Of a stretch of 64,000 bases of DNA, positions 20,412 to 30,932 are shown piece after piece. Position 1 is the stretch's first letter. Each line of letters opens with the position of its first letter. Both the position numbers and the translations under genes were made by a program. The stretch lies in the IMG/VR virus record IMGVR_UViG_3300029893_000001, positions 310,001 through 374,000 of that record, one strand, 5' to 3'. Under the pieces are notes generated by a model. It saw only the letters and a list, made by a program, of their open reading frames with translations, did no database searches and was not told the DNA's origin.

Positions 20412-21734
20412 TTATCGCAGGGGTCTGTTTGCGGTTTTGGGTGAAGCTTTTGTAGAACTGTGAGTTGCCGAATCTACTTTGTAGGGACGCGGACGCCGTG
20501 GTGTAATTCTAGTGGCGTCAGACTTGGGCTTCACGGTCTTTGGTTTCCAGCCGTACGACTTCGCAATCTTGAAAACGTCGGCTAGCAAAACCTTGTCGTG
20601 AAGTAGAGTCGTATCATTCGACATAAATCCAACGGATCCACGACGATTGAAGCCTGGGATCTTGGCAGGAGGCCACTTGTTCACCTTCAGTGTCGAGTCC
20701 TCAACAAGTCTGCAGAGGATTGAGTCTGCCTGTGCTCGCTCGACCGGCGGCACTTGTATGTATTGAGCCAAGCGGCCGTTCCGAAGTAGAGCTGGTTCGA
20801 TTTCGGTCTTCGGAGCGTTGGTGGTCGCGATCACTCGGATGTCAATGACATCTCCGAGAAGACCGCTAGTAAGGTTCAGCACTGATGAGATCGCTGGCAT
20901 ATTGTCTGCCGCTCTCGTAGTCAGTATGGAGTCTGCGTCCTCGCAGATGAGGACTGTCGGCCCTACATAAAGTGATTCATCTTCTGAGTGCATGCCTCCT
21001 TCTTCTTGAAGGCTGAGAAGCGCACTCACTAGTGATGGATCACCTAGATTTGGAACCATGGCGGGCGGGACGAAAATGAACTTGGCAGAGGGAATCTCGT
21101 GGACCAAAGAACGAATGAGGAATGTCTTGCCGCAGCCAGGCGGTCCCTCCAAGATGGTCAAACGACCATCAGGAAATGGGGTTTGAAGGTCAGAAACCGT
21201 CTTTGTAATTGCATCACGAATTGACGGGTCGTAGTTCTCAGTCTCTAGCGGTACTGCCGCGAATCCAAGGGGATTCGGCCGAATCCCTTGCTCCGTCTGA
21301 ACTAGAATGTAAACTCTGCCTCGATTTGTCTTAGCCTGACGAAGGATGTTTTCGTGAAGGAATTTGCGGAAGGTCTCAGCGAAATCATAGTCCGTTGTGA
21401 CTACGTTCACGCCAAGCTGAACGCTTTCATCCGCACTTGTGATGAAGGCCGCTCCAGTTTCCCATACGTATACTTCTTCGAAGTCATCATCCCAGACATA
21501 GAATGATTCTTCGACGCGAGCGGCTCCTTGGCTTTGGAGTAGTTCAGAAAGCTGCTGATACACTTTCTCGTGGGCTACGGGGCCTGCTGCTCCGACGCGG
21601 AGCGGAGCAGGCTCACCCTTTTCAATAGCCCGAAGAGCAAGAGCCTGTTGAGCCCACTGAAAAACCCATTCGTGGGTATCGCTTCGAACTGCAGCAGGGG
21701 TCTGGGCTCGATTCCACCAAGCTTCCTTCGACAT
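20412..21734 (-). CDS. AAA+ ATPase
   Basis: GPPGCGKT, ICEDAD, ATTN, ALLRNGRL. Confidence 0.9.
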   Translation of the reverse strand: MSKEAWWNRAQTPAAVRSDTHEWVFQWAQQALALRAIEKGEPAPLRVGAAGPVAHEKVYQQLSELLQSQGAARVEESFYVWDDDFEEVYVWETGAAFITSADESVQLGVNVVTTDYDFAETFRKFLHENILRQAKTNRGRVYILVQTEQGIRPNPLGFAAVPLETENYDPSIRDAITKTVSDLQTPFPDGRLTILEGPPGCGKTFLIRSLVHEIPSAKFIFVPPAMVPNLGDPSLVSALLSLQEEGGMHSEDESLYVGPTVLICEDADSILTTRAADNMPAISSVLNLTSGLLGDVIDIRVIATTNAPKTEIEPALLRNGRLAQYIQVPPVERAQADSILCRLVEDSTLKVNKWPPAKIPGFNRRGSVGFMSNDTTLLHDKVLLADVFKIAKSYGWKPKTVKPKSDATRITPRRPRPYKVDSATHSSTKASPKTANRPLR

Positions 21735-22350
21735 TCGTTTTCCTTTAGACTAACTCAAGTGTTGTTGAGACTAGAGCCGCTACTGACTCAGTATGTACTG
21801 AGCCCAGTGATGGGTTGTCCTCAGCACAGACGCCATATCAACTGGCTTCTGCTCGTTGAAGGCGTCTAGAGCTGGGTCTGCCACTTGTTGGATCTCCCTC
21901 AGGGCAGTACGGGCCTCATCACGTTCCTTCACGAGCTTCTTTACAAGACTCATGAGGTTCTCAACAACTTCAGGCGCCTGCGCGAATGCCTTGGCCTCTA
22001 AGTCAGAGTCGAACCGGCCGATTGGAGTACTGAGGTCCTCACAGACGAAGACGCAAGGATTTCCGTCTCTGTCCGCCCCAACAACCCGCTTTCCAGGATG
22101 CACCTTCGACCAAGTTTCGTCAAGCTGTTTCAAGAGGTGCTCGATTTGTCTGCTATCGGTAGCCATCAACCATTCCTCGGTTGCTGCCTTACTAAGGCAA
22201 AACGCACCTCGGATCACGAAAATCGTGGCCTGCTTAGCAGGACTTTCTCCAATTCCACTATCGTTAGGGTTCGGAGACCGAGGTGCGTCTAACTCTCATC
22301 AGATAACGTAGCGGTTTTCGAGACTCTATTGTTGCTAGTTATCTAGAAAC

Positions 22351-22446
22351 ATGCGTCAGCATATTACCCAACGAATTCTAGGAGTTGCAACTCATCTTGC
22401 GGACCTCGCCGCAGATCGCCGCCAGCTCTCGGATATCATTCGATAA
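22351..22446 (+). CDS. 31-aa peptide MRQHITQRILGVATHLADLAADRRQLSDIIR
   Basis: Below the ORF-track cutoff; N-terminus resembles that of the 11085 protein. Confidence 0.4.
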   Translation: MRQHITQRILGVATHLADLAADRRQLSDIIR

Positions 22447-22507
22447 ATTCATCGTATAGCAGTATCATGTATCAGTCGTTAGAAGCCATCGCGCATCAGG
22501 AAAGAAT

Positions 22508-24214
22508 ATGCATATCATCATCACGAATAACACCCGCTCAGTAGTTAGCATCAACAGCACTCTGGGTGTTGTACAAGCTCTGAGCGTAAAGACTGCAGAC
22601 CTTTCGCTCAATGAGCTTGAAAAGATTGCGCCGCGGCTACATGAATTACAGCAAGCGGGCTTGATCAGCTTCAGCGTAACTCCGACAACGAGTTCTAATG
22701 ATGACTTTGCAGAAGGGGCTACGATTGCGTACTTGCAGAGCAACTTCTTTCCTACGTTTCCTGCAGTTACGCGATATGTATATGTAGCAGCCACAGGTGA
22801 TGACGACACCGGTGACGGCACGAGGGATAATCCCTGGGCGACTGTCGCTCGCGCGTTTCGTGACGCGCCGAAGATCATTCGTCAAGAATCAACTTCGGAC
22901 AGTATCAACTATGTAATCCGCATCGTGGCGCCGTATGACGGCCCACTCGGGAAGATGTCCTACATTGTGCAGGAATACACGCAGATCCCGGGTAACGGTC
23001 TATTGCCGCCGAATTTCTCTATCGTTGTGCAGTCCTGGACCAACTCTGCCGATCTCGGCGGAGTGGATGATCCGCGCTATACGCTCGTGGCAGGGCCCTT
23101 GACGCCAAGTGCGGCAGTAGTGTTCGCGGGTAACAGGGCGAAGTACACGATGCCTGGTGGGACGATCACTGTGAATGACCAGTGGTCTGGCAATTTCGTG
23201 CGAATCTATCAAGGTGGCGTTGAGGTTGCGCGCGGGATCATCCTTCGCACCGTTTTGTCCACGCAAGAATTGTTGGTCCATCCGACGCAGGATTACGTCC
23301 CGGCTGTAACAGACGAAATTCGTATCGTTCAACCGAGCGTGAATCTTGGTGGCATTCCCGGTGGTGCTACGCAGACCTCTTCACAAGTCCGTGCGCTAAC
23401 GGAGGGCACCTTTACCACCGTGCGTTTCGAGAACATCCGCATAATGGATAGCCTGACGGTTAGCGGTAATAGTTTCTGCATCTTCTCCGGTTGCCAACTC
23501 AATGCAAATGGAGGTGGTGGCGCGTGCAATACGTCCGATAACGGACACGCGTTCCTGTCGCCAAGTACGCTTTCCGGGGTATCGATCGACACGACGCTCC
23601 AACCAGGATCGGTACTAGTGCGAACTGGAGGTGGTTTCTGCTGTGCAGGCAGGATCTCGCTTTCGAATGGTTGTGTTCTACTCGGCGATTATTGGCCTGG
23701 AAACTTTCCTGCTACTGGACTATTTACCATCAACTCAACAGCGACCCTTCGTGGGAAGATTACTCTCACTGGCCGCATGGAAGGACGTGTGAACCTAAGC
23801 GGACCGAGCGTAGCGAAACCGACGCTACTCATCCATCGAAGTGCCGGTGCGATTCTTGATGCAGGTGTCGGCGCGCAGATAGTAACGCAAGGCGTAATCG
23901 CTGTCGATGCTGGAGCAGCTCTCGGTAACGTATTTACGATCAAAGACGCGCGAATGATGGCATTCAGTACAGCGACGCAGCTCGTGCCAGCTGATTCAGG
24001 CGTTCCTACGATGGCGTCTGGGATCCCTGTGGAAGTTCAGCGGGATGGATCTGCCCAGGTCAATACGACTTCAACGCTGGCAGGTGCTGGTGGTGTGGAT
24101 GTGAAGGCAGGAGATAATGCTGGTCTTACATGGGCAGCGCTAGCTGCTATCGTCGGACCTCCGGCCAAGCGGAGCACGGATAGCGGAAAGCAGGCTACTG
24201 TGTGGGCCCCTTGA
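22508..24214 (+). CDS. putative virion/tail-fibre-like beta-rich protein
   Basis: YVAATGDDDTGDGTRDNPWATVARA (DUF1565/beta-helix-type opening), G/T/V/A-rich, plus strand. Confidence 0.65.
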   Translation: MHIIITNNTRSVVSINSTLGVVQALSVKTADLSLNELEKIAPRLHELQQAGLISFSVTPTTSSNDDFAEGATIAYLQSNFFPTFPAVTRYVYVAATGDDDTGDGTRDNPWATVARAFRDAPKIIRQESTSDSINYVIRIVAPYDGPLGKMSYIVQEYTQIPGNGLLPPNFSIVVQSWTNSADLGGVDDPRYTLVAGPLTPSAAVVFAGNRAKYTMPGGTITVNDQWSGNFVRIYQGGVEVARGIILRTVLSTQELLVHPTQDYVPAVTDEIRIVQPSVNLGGIPGGATQTSSQVRALTEGTFTTVRFENIRIMDSLTVSGNSFCIFSGCQLNANGGGGACNTSDNGHAFLSPSTLSGVSIDTTLQPGSVLVRTGGGFCCAGRISLSNGCVLLGDYWPGNFPATGLFTINSTATLRGKITLTGRMEGRVNLSGPSVAKPTLLIHRSAGAILDAGVGAQIVTQGVIAVDAGAALGNVFTIKDARMMAFSTATQLVPADSGVPTMASGIPVEVQRDGSAQVNTTSTLAGAGGVDVKAGDNAGLTWAALAAIVGPPAKRSTDSGKQATVWAP

Positions 24215-24707
24215 TCTCGTTAGCAGTAATGATGTATCAATACTGGGCAGAGGTTACGAGAGAAGGTCAGGACATGAGGGGCCAGTTCACAGACTCGAAC
24301 AGGTCCAGAAGGACATACAATTCGCGTTGGAGACTTTTCGTATTCTAGACGCTCTATACCACACTGAAAAGCTTCGCTACGGACCCAGGTCACCGCAAGC
24401 GGGCCAAATGCAAACGGCCCTGGGACTGTCATCCCCTCAAGAGAGACCTTCCCCGGACCGTCCTACGCGATCGCTGTCTTGGAAATGATTTAGCGGTAAG
24501 CTCCGATGGCGTCGGGACGCTTGACCACGCTAGTGATTGATACCTGGTCTTCAGGGCCTGCTCGCCTACTCACCCACCAGTAGGCCACTTTCGCGATAAT
24601 CTTACTTCGGAAAAACCGGTGCCACAGAATCTCCCAACGAGGGGTACCTAGATTTCCGTCCGAAGACATGCCTTCATGAACTACTATCCAGTTATAGGAT
24701 GTAATGC

Positions 24708-25076
24708 TCATCCAAATACCGGACCCTTGTAGTCATCGTCTCTAGACGTACCTACTGTGAATTCCTCGCCTGGGCGTACGCGACCTCGACCTACATTCAC
24801 TATGTAATGGCACATAGAGACCCAGGCAATCTCTTCTTCGACCCTGAGACGCTCAGAGTTCTTGAGCTTCTTCTCAAGCTCCCTGTAGCGCTTCAGAATA
24901 GCCTTTCTGGCATCATCAATAGCGGCTTCGCGGCTATCCCCTTCTCCCTCAATTCCTGTCTCAATCCAAGTGGCTACCCAGTTAGACCCACCACCTGCCA
25001 ACTCAAGGGGAAGAGGCGAGTCAAGATGTAGCTCTGTATCTTCTAGGGTCTCCAAGTATTCACTCTGAGTCGTCAT
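24708..25076 (-). CDS. HicB-like protein
   Basis: WVATWIETGIEGEGDSREAAIDDARKAI matches the HicB GxTxEEAxxN pattern. Confidence 0.5.
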   Translation of the reverse strand: MTTQSEYLETLEDTELHLDSPLPLELAGGGSNWVATWIETGIEGEGDSREAAIDDARKAILKRYRELEKKLKNSERLRVEEEIAWVSMCHYIVNVGRGRVRPGEEFTVGTSRDDDYKGPVFG

Positions 25077-25320
25077 CGTGTCCTCTGCTCTTTCGTATTA
25101 GCTTGCAGATCTCGGCTTCTTGTTCCGGAGTAAGGTCTAAAGGGTCCCCATCGTATTCTGGCATTTCTGGGGGAATCCAGTCCTCGGCTTCAGCCTGCAG
25201 CTTTGCTAGTTCTGGGGTGAGGACGTCATGGAAGAAGAGCTTTTCTTCCTCCTCCACATTTTTCTTGGTCCTCTTCACTTTTGCCATTTTACAGACTATC
25301 TACGGGTCAGGGACGTAGAT

Positions 25321-25506
25321 ATGCAAGACCACCGTCTATTACAACTCGCTCGACGCCTTGAGAGGCTTGCCGCTCTTTCTATTCTCGCCCGGAAAAAGAA
25401 GAAGCGCAAGAAGAAAAAGAAGCGCAAGGACTATGCTGGCGCTCCTGCTGACGCTCTTGACGTGACATTTGGCGGGGACGGCGGTGGTGATGGAGGCGGC
25501 GGTTAG
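25321..25506 (+). CDS. small polybasic protein
   Basis: MQDHRLLQLARRLERLAALSILARKKKKRKKKKKRKD...GGDGGGDGGGG. Confidence 0.55.
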   Translation: MQDHRLLQLARRLERLAALSILARKKKKRKKKKKRKDYAGAPADALDVTFGGDGGGDGGGG

Positions 25507-25665
25507 GGCCGCAGAGAAGCCTCTTCGAGTTTCTCTAATTCACTGCGTAGCCTCTGAAGGTAGCAGTCAACGCAGAACTCTTGTGGCGTTTCGACGAACG
25601 GCGGCTGCAACTGCCTGGATCGTACCAGAGGTACTGGGTTGTGGCAATCGTAGCAAGCTACGACC

Positions 25666-26313
25666 TTAGCCGCGGAGATTCGGTAGCCCATTGATCTGGT
25701 GTAAGCTGATTACATCTGAAGACAAGAATTGAATCTCCTTATCCCAGATCCAACGTACTTCCTTAATCTCGTCGTAGTTCATAAGGATGTCGGAAGCATA
25801 AGAGTGGACCACCGTGAGAATGCCATCTCCGATGAATCCAGGTATGTTCCATCCACGATCGGCTGCAGCCTCGATAGGATCCCACCCATAAGAGTCACAT
25901 GTGCTGGAGGACAGGTGGGACAAAACGTCTACAGACATGTACTTGCGGTCTTCGGGGTCCTCAGGGAATAGTCGACTATTGCGTTCTCTGGTAGACTCTC
26001 CGCATTCAGGACAAAAGCGTGCCTCGGACTTGACTGCTTTTTGGCAACATGGCGGAAGTATAGCTGCTTCGGAGTCAAGAGAAAATCCCTTGTGGTACTT
26101 CACAACCGCCAAATAGGCGGCTCTTAATGAAGCAAACGAGACTTCCCACGCCTCCCAAGGCGTTGGCGCATCCGGAAATTCTACGCGCATCCCATTGTCG
26201 TTGCGCAAACTCATAACGACAGGGCTTGTCGAATTGCTCTCGACATACCCATCGTAGAACATGAAGATGTTGTACTTTGCGGGATTCAACGGTAGGTCAT
26301 GAACTGATTCCAT
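25666..26313 (-). CDS. hypothetical zinc-ribbon-containing protein
   Basis: CCQK...FCPECG. Confidence 0.55.
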   Translation of the reverse strand: MESVHDLPLNPAKYNIFMFYDGYVESNSTSPVVMSLRNDNGMRVEFPDAPTPWEAWEVSFASLRAAYLAVVKYHKGFSLDSEAAILPPCCQKAVKSEARFCPECGESTRERNSRLFPEDPEDRKYMSVDVLSHLSSSTCDSYGWDPIEAAADRGWNIPGFIGDGILTVVHSYASDILMNYDEIKEVRWIWDKEIQFLSSDVISLHQINGLPNLRG

Positions 26314-26836
26314 GACGCAAACTCCTTTCGTTCCACGCTCGAACTAGAATCGGCGTGGGATCGAGCAATTCTTCCGGCTGCGGATTTCCCTTTTTCCACC
26401 AAACAGTACTGCGAGTACCTGGAATGTACAGTTCCAGGTGAAGCATGAATCGTGAGTGTCCCGGTATATCCGAACGCTCTTGGCCTGGCTTCAAAACAGG
26501 AACTACGTTTGCGATTTCCTGACCTACGCAAACCAAGTCTCCTGCGGATACCTTCGGAGTCACTTCTCCATAGGCGATGACACCGCTTGGCCCCTCGACA
26601 AGAATGACGTCAGTAGGAAGCCACCAAGGAGACTCAGGAGGTCCTGTGAATTGCTCAATGCACACTACCCTACCGGTTTCCATCGCTAGGACCGGTGCGT
26701 TCTCGCGCGTATAGATGTCCACTCCAGTGTGAACGTCGTGTTTCCTGACGGCCCCGAACTTCCCTTCTTTTGAAAGGAGTCTAGGGAACTCAGTCCACTC
26801 GTAAGGGAGAGGAAAACAAATCTCGGTCATTCGCAT
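26297..26836 (-). CDS. M23 family metallopeptidase
   Basis: FGAVRKHDVHTGVD (HxxxD) and MLHLE. Confidence 0.85.
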   Translation of the reverse strand: MRMTEICFPLPYEWTEFPRLLSKEGKFGAVRKHDVHTGVDIYTRENAPVLAMETGRVVCIEQFTGPPESPWWLPTDVILVEGPSGVIAYGEVTPKVSAGDLVCVGQEIANVVPVLKPGQERSDIPGHSRFMLHLELYIPGTRSTVWWKKGNPQPEELLDPTPILVRAWNERSLRHGISS

Positions 26837-28019
26837 ATGATTCTCGGAATGCATCGAACGCGGCTACAGCCGGGCCCAGGAATTCTTCCTTAAGGCACAA
26901 CTCATCACAGAGCATGATGTTCCGATACCCAATATCGTACAACCATGCCAGCTCAGAGAAATCGGAGCACGCAGGCACTGGAGACCTGACTATCGACAGC
27001 AGCAGCCTCGACGCCACACAGGCTTCTGGGTCGTGCGCCAGAATCATCTTCTGTGCTGTCAGGATTTCATGGGGTCTATCCAATTCAACGTACAAATCTC
27101 CGCGAGCGGTGACTAGAGTCAAGTTGTCTCTCTTCTTGAATTCTCTGGATACGTATTCGAGTCCCTTCTTAGACTCGATCTTCAGCATCACCTCAGCATC
27201 GCGTCCGACCAGCTCAAGAAATTCGTCTACGTCGCGCTGCGATTCGACATAAGACAGGAACCACTTCGTGAATCCAGCCTTCTTCACGCGAGCGATCTTC
27301 TCAAGCTCCGAAGGAACAAATTGGTCTCCGCCAACTACGAGGCTTGGGTGGCGGATGTGAATCGATTCGCCCTCTCTCACCATGTACTTGGGACCGCCCC
27401 TAAAGACCAGCCGGTATCCGTCATCAACGACACGCTCTAGCAGGGCAGTGTCGGCTCCCGCCTTAAACAAGACAGGAGTAGGGGTGGTCACCGAAATGGG
27501 GTGGTTGAGACGAATCTCCAAGTGGGATGTCTCTGGAAGAACCTCTACAATTCGTAGCTGTCGGCCCTTGATGTCGTAGAAGAGCGGAACGGTTCCTTCG
27601 TGGCGTTCGGCCTCTACAATTTTCAGCTCCTTATCCAACTCTGGCAGTGCCATCATGGCACTATTGAGCCGAATGCCAGAAAGCCTGGGGTCGTTTAGGA
27701 AGGGGCGGAAGTGGGGGAAGCTGGGCCAGAGAGTGACCAGAAGCTTGAGATCAGTGTCCATCGATTTGGCTTCTGCCCGAATTGCAAGGGAAGCTTCCTT
27801 GGAGATTCGGTGCAGACGCACCCGAAGAAACCATAGAGTCGCAACGTAAGCGATTCCTGCCAAGACCAGAGCTAGACTCCCCGCTCCCACGGCTCGCATC
27901 CATGCCTCTGGACCGGCAAAGATGATAATGAGACACGCGGTAAGAAGAATCAGGGGTACAATGATCTGACCAGCCCTGACATACCAAGGCATGTGGAAGG
28001 TCACTTGAGAAGTTTTCAT
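26790..28019 (-). CDS. pyruvate-kinase-like barrel protein with N-terminal TM segments
   Basis: LVTLWP, IRLNSA, YDIKGRQLR, LSYVES, MLKIESKKGL, ARGDL, SELAWL, IMLCDE; lacks the PK C-terminal domain. Confidence 0.75.
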   Translation of the reverse strand: MKTSQVTFHMPWYVRAGQIIVPLILLTACLIIIFAGPEAWMRAVGAGSLALVLAGIAYVATLWFLRVRLHRISKEASLAIRAEAKSMDTDLKLLVTLWPSFPHFRPFLNDPRLSGIRLNSAMMALPELDKELKIVEAERHEGTVPLFYDIKGRQLRIVEVLPETSHLEIRLNHPISVTTPTPVLFKAGADTALLERVVDDGYRLVFRGGPKYMVREGESIHIRHPSLVVGGDQFVPSELEKIARVKKAGFTKWFLSYVESQRDVDEFLELVGRDAEVMLKIESKKGLEYVSREFKKRDNLTLVTARGDLYVELDRPHEILTAQKMILAHDPEACVASRLLLSIVRSPVPACSDFSELAWLYDIGYRNIMLCDELCLKEEFLGPAVAAFDAFRESYANDRDLFSSPLRVD

Positions 28020-28990
28020 GCTAGAGGCTTCGTCTTCGTTCCGGTGCCAGGTCGATGCAAGGTGCTGGCGCCTTTGGCGAGAGCCTTGGTGGGCGGTGCT
28101 GCAGCATGGACTGTCTCAAGAGACTTCATCACCGTAGCTACCTGCGCAGGCGTCTGCCGGTCATTCAACTCCTTCTTGAAGTAGTCGATCTTGCCGGTCT
28201 CTCTCGCGAAAATGCCAAAGATCACGTCTACGACGCGACCAGCTTCAGGGAGGAAGACGACACGATCTTCGCCTACCAAGCTTGCCCAAACTCGATGTTG
28301 ATGGCTGTTGGTCGGGTCCGACTCTCCACCTCCCTGGTAAGGCTTGCGGATATAGTACACAGAGTATTTCTCAGCCAACTCCGTGAAGACATCCTTTGTC
28401 GTGGCCATCTTCGGTGCAGCGGTGTGGGCATACCGCTCCGAGACGTCAGGAGAAATGGTGTCGTACGGCAACTCGTCTCCAATCATGATGAAGATTGGCT
28501 TACGAACCGCCATAGGCATCTCGACGTTTCGAGCGAAGTAAAGGGCCGCCAGTTCGTAGCTCTCCCTCCCTCCGCCTCCGCCGCCTCCTTCAATTACGAG
28601 GCTAGTTAGCCTAGCCTTCATGTCCTCACCGTTGGCGAATTCTCCGGCCTGCATCGGATACTTGTCTGAAAACGCATCTCCGACAGCAGCGAAGCAGACT
28701 TCAGCCCCATCTCCGAAGTACTCCTTCCTCATCTCATGATCGAGGTAAGGGAGCTTCGAGAAAATAGTCGCAGGCCATTCACCCATGGACCCAGTGACAT
28801 CACAGACGATCACAATGGGCGCTGGGCTACTCGTCTTGATCGACCTTGGAAGCATGTCGATCGACGTCTTCCCTGCAGACGTGGCGGTCGCATAGCTTCG
28901 TCCGGCATAGGCGTCGTACGCCGCACGAGCGGACGCAAAGCTGTCGCCGCTAGACCATGTTGCCGGAGTGTAGTCATCACCTTCAGCCAT
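28016..28990 (-). CDS. VWA-domain protein
   Basis: MIDAS DVTGSMG, AVGDA, GGGG..ESY, IGDE; start MAEGDD after AGGAG. Confidence 0.85.
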   Translation of the reverse strand: MAEGDDYTPATWSSGDSFASARAAYDAYAGRSYATATSAGKTSIDMLPRSIKTSSPAPIVIVCDVTGSMGEWPATIFSKLPYLDHEMRKEYFGDGAEVCFAAVGDAFSDKYPMQAGEFANGEDMKARLTSLVIEGGGGGGGRESYELAALYFARNVEMPMAVRKPIFIMIGDELPYDTISPDVSERYAHTAAPKMATTKDVFTELAEKYSVYYIRKPYQGGGESDPTNSHQHRVWASLVGEDRVVFLPEAGRVVDVIFGIFARETGKIDYFKKELNDRQTPAQVATVMKSLETVHAAAPPTKALAKGASTLHRPGTGTKTKPLA

Positions 28991-29221
28991 TTTGCTTCTC
29001 CTTGGTGGTCTTCTTGGTCCACTCAAAAATGAGATTGACTCCCCTACTGAGGTATACCGCCTCTCCCTCGTCAAACCCCGGAGGGATCACTACGTAGGCT
29101 CGTAGTTCTGATTCCTTTGGAATCGAGACTCCACGTTCCGAGAGAAGTTGAGCAATCTGCTCGGTTGATAGCGACACCTTACCCTTTTCGGTTTCGGTAG
29201 TCTCGATTTGGACGCTCAGTT

Positions 29222-30250
29222 TCATGCCGTGAAACCCGGAATTGGCTTGAGGTTTGATTGATGACGGCCGAACGAATCGACCCTCATTTGATGAAACGTC
29301 TCGATCAGATTCTCTTTCGACCAGTTTGGTCGAGAGAGGGGGTCTCTTACAATCAAACGCTTCACGAACTTGCACATGGGATCTGGAGTCGACGCTGGAA
29401 CCTTGAGAGCTGACACCCCGTCGTAACTACCGGTGAGACAATACAACATGGTCTTACCCAGGCTGTACAAGTCTGTCTCCGGAATTGGAGGCTTCCCGTC
29501 CACCATCTCCGGGGCCGAAAATAATTCGGTGTATCCCTTGGCTGCCGTCTTCCCGGTAGGACGAATGGCTGCCAGTCCGAAATCGACCAACACGGCGAGA
29601 TGCTTGTGTGGCTGCACGATGACGTTCTTCGGCTTCAAATCTCCGTGCACGACGCCGTGTTGGTGAAGGTATAACAGTCCGTTCAAGAGACGCTGGGTGA
29701 TCCATGCCACATTCTCTGGGTCCAAGCGTCCAGCCTTGTCAACGACCTCCTCCAGCGTTGGACCCTCAACATAGGACATGACGAGGATGATGCTCCCATC
29801 ATCATGGCGAATGACATCCCTCATGGCAGGCAGTGCGTAGTGCCTCATGTCCCAAAGCGCACGAGCCTCGTCCATGAGGATAGCCTCTGATTCTGGGCCT
29901 GTCATGAAGCCCTGCTTAAGGCAGGCCGGATGCTTGAGGATGAGGTGCTCAGCTTTGTATGTAGCGCCAAAGCCGCCCTCTGCGATCTTCTCGACAACAC
30001 GATAGTTGCCAATAATCGTGCCTTTCTTCGCGAGCTTCTCGAAGCGGGCGCGCTTTTGGGCGCTTACAAGGATACTGTGAGCCTCATTGATTTCCTTGGC
30101 CATGGTGTCGTCACCCCCTGACCGATCAGGATGGTACTTCACCAGCAAGGCCTTCTTGGCAGCGTCAAGAACTTCTCGCGACGCATTCACGGAGACCTGA
30201 AGGATGTCGGCCAACTCACGGAGAGTCTCCGCCTTTTCAACCAAACCCAT
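29222..30250 (-). CDS. J-domain fused Hanks-type Ser/Thr protein kinase
   Basis: KYHPDR (J domain), EGGFGATY, HGDLKPKN, DFG, APE, DLYSLG. Confidence 0.92.
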   Translation of the reverse strand: MGLVEKAETLRELADILQVSVNASREVLDAAKKALLVKYHPDRSGGDDTMAKEINEAHSILVSAQKRARFEKLAKKGTIIGNYRVVEKIAEGGFGATYKAEHLILKHPACLKQGFMTGPESEAILMDEARALWDMRHYALPAMRDVIRHDDGSIILVMSYVEGPTLEEVVDKAGRLDPENVAWITQRLLNGLLYLHQHGVVHGDLKPKNVIVQPHKHLAVLVDFGLAAIRPTGKTAAKGYTELFSAPEMVDGKPPIPETDLYSLGKTMLYCLTGSYDGVSALKVPASTPDPMCKFVKRLIVRDPLSRPNWSKENLIETFHQMRVDSFGRHQSNLKPIPGFTA

Positions 30251-30389
30251 GGGTCACCTAGTTCTTCTGCGGGCTGGATGCGGGCTTTTCGGCGGGAAGC
30301 CCATACAGCTCTGCGATTCGATTGTGCGCCATCTAGTACCCTCCAACGAGAATCGCCAGATGGTCACTCTTACCATCTGGCGATTCTCT

Positions 30390-30932
30390 TCATGACGATT
30401 CCCTCTCTACGAGAAGGGGGCCAATGAGCCCGGTTTGTGTGTCCCAATACCTTTTTCGCTCCAAGAATCTCGAAATTGCGGGAGCAAAAGAGGAGTCCAC
30501 GGGCAAGTATTCCTGTCTCATCTGAGACACCAGCCTTTGTAGGTGCGCCACCTGCTGAGCAGCGTAGGCTTTCCTAGCCCGCAGTGTCTCTGTCGTAAGC
30601 GAGTCCAAGAACACGCGCAAGTCTCTCCTTAGGGACTTAGGTGTCTTCAGAGGCGGAGCAGAAACTACAACAGGAGCAGGCGCCGTGGGGGTTTTCTCGG
30701 AAATGAGAATCTTCGTAATACGCTCTGCGCTTTTTCGCTTCTTTTCAGATAGATCCGGCGGTCTGTGGAGAGACTCGGCTTCAATGCCAACAATCTCCTG
30801 GAATTCAGCGAGGTCTGTGGCCAGTGTCCGAAGACGAGTTCCGTTCCTGGCATTCCATTTTGACCGCTTCCTGTGGTTTTGAGTTTTCTTGGACCCGAAT
30901 TTTCTCCTAAGACCTCGGTAGGTCCGACCCAT
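30390..30932 (-). CDS. basic hypothetical protein with its own promoter motif
   Basis: Promoter motif 30951-30968 and GAGGAGG upstream. Confidence 0.65.
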   Translation of the reverse strand: MGRTYRGLRRKFGSKKTQNHRKRSKWNARNGTRLRTLATDLAEFQEIVGIEAESLHRPPDLSEKKRKSAERITKILISEKTPTAPAPVVVSAPPLKTPKSLRRDLRVFLDSLTTETLRARKAYAAQQVAHLQRLVSQMRQEYLPVDSSFAPAISRFLERKRYWDTQTGLIGPLLVERESS

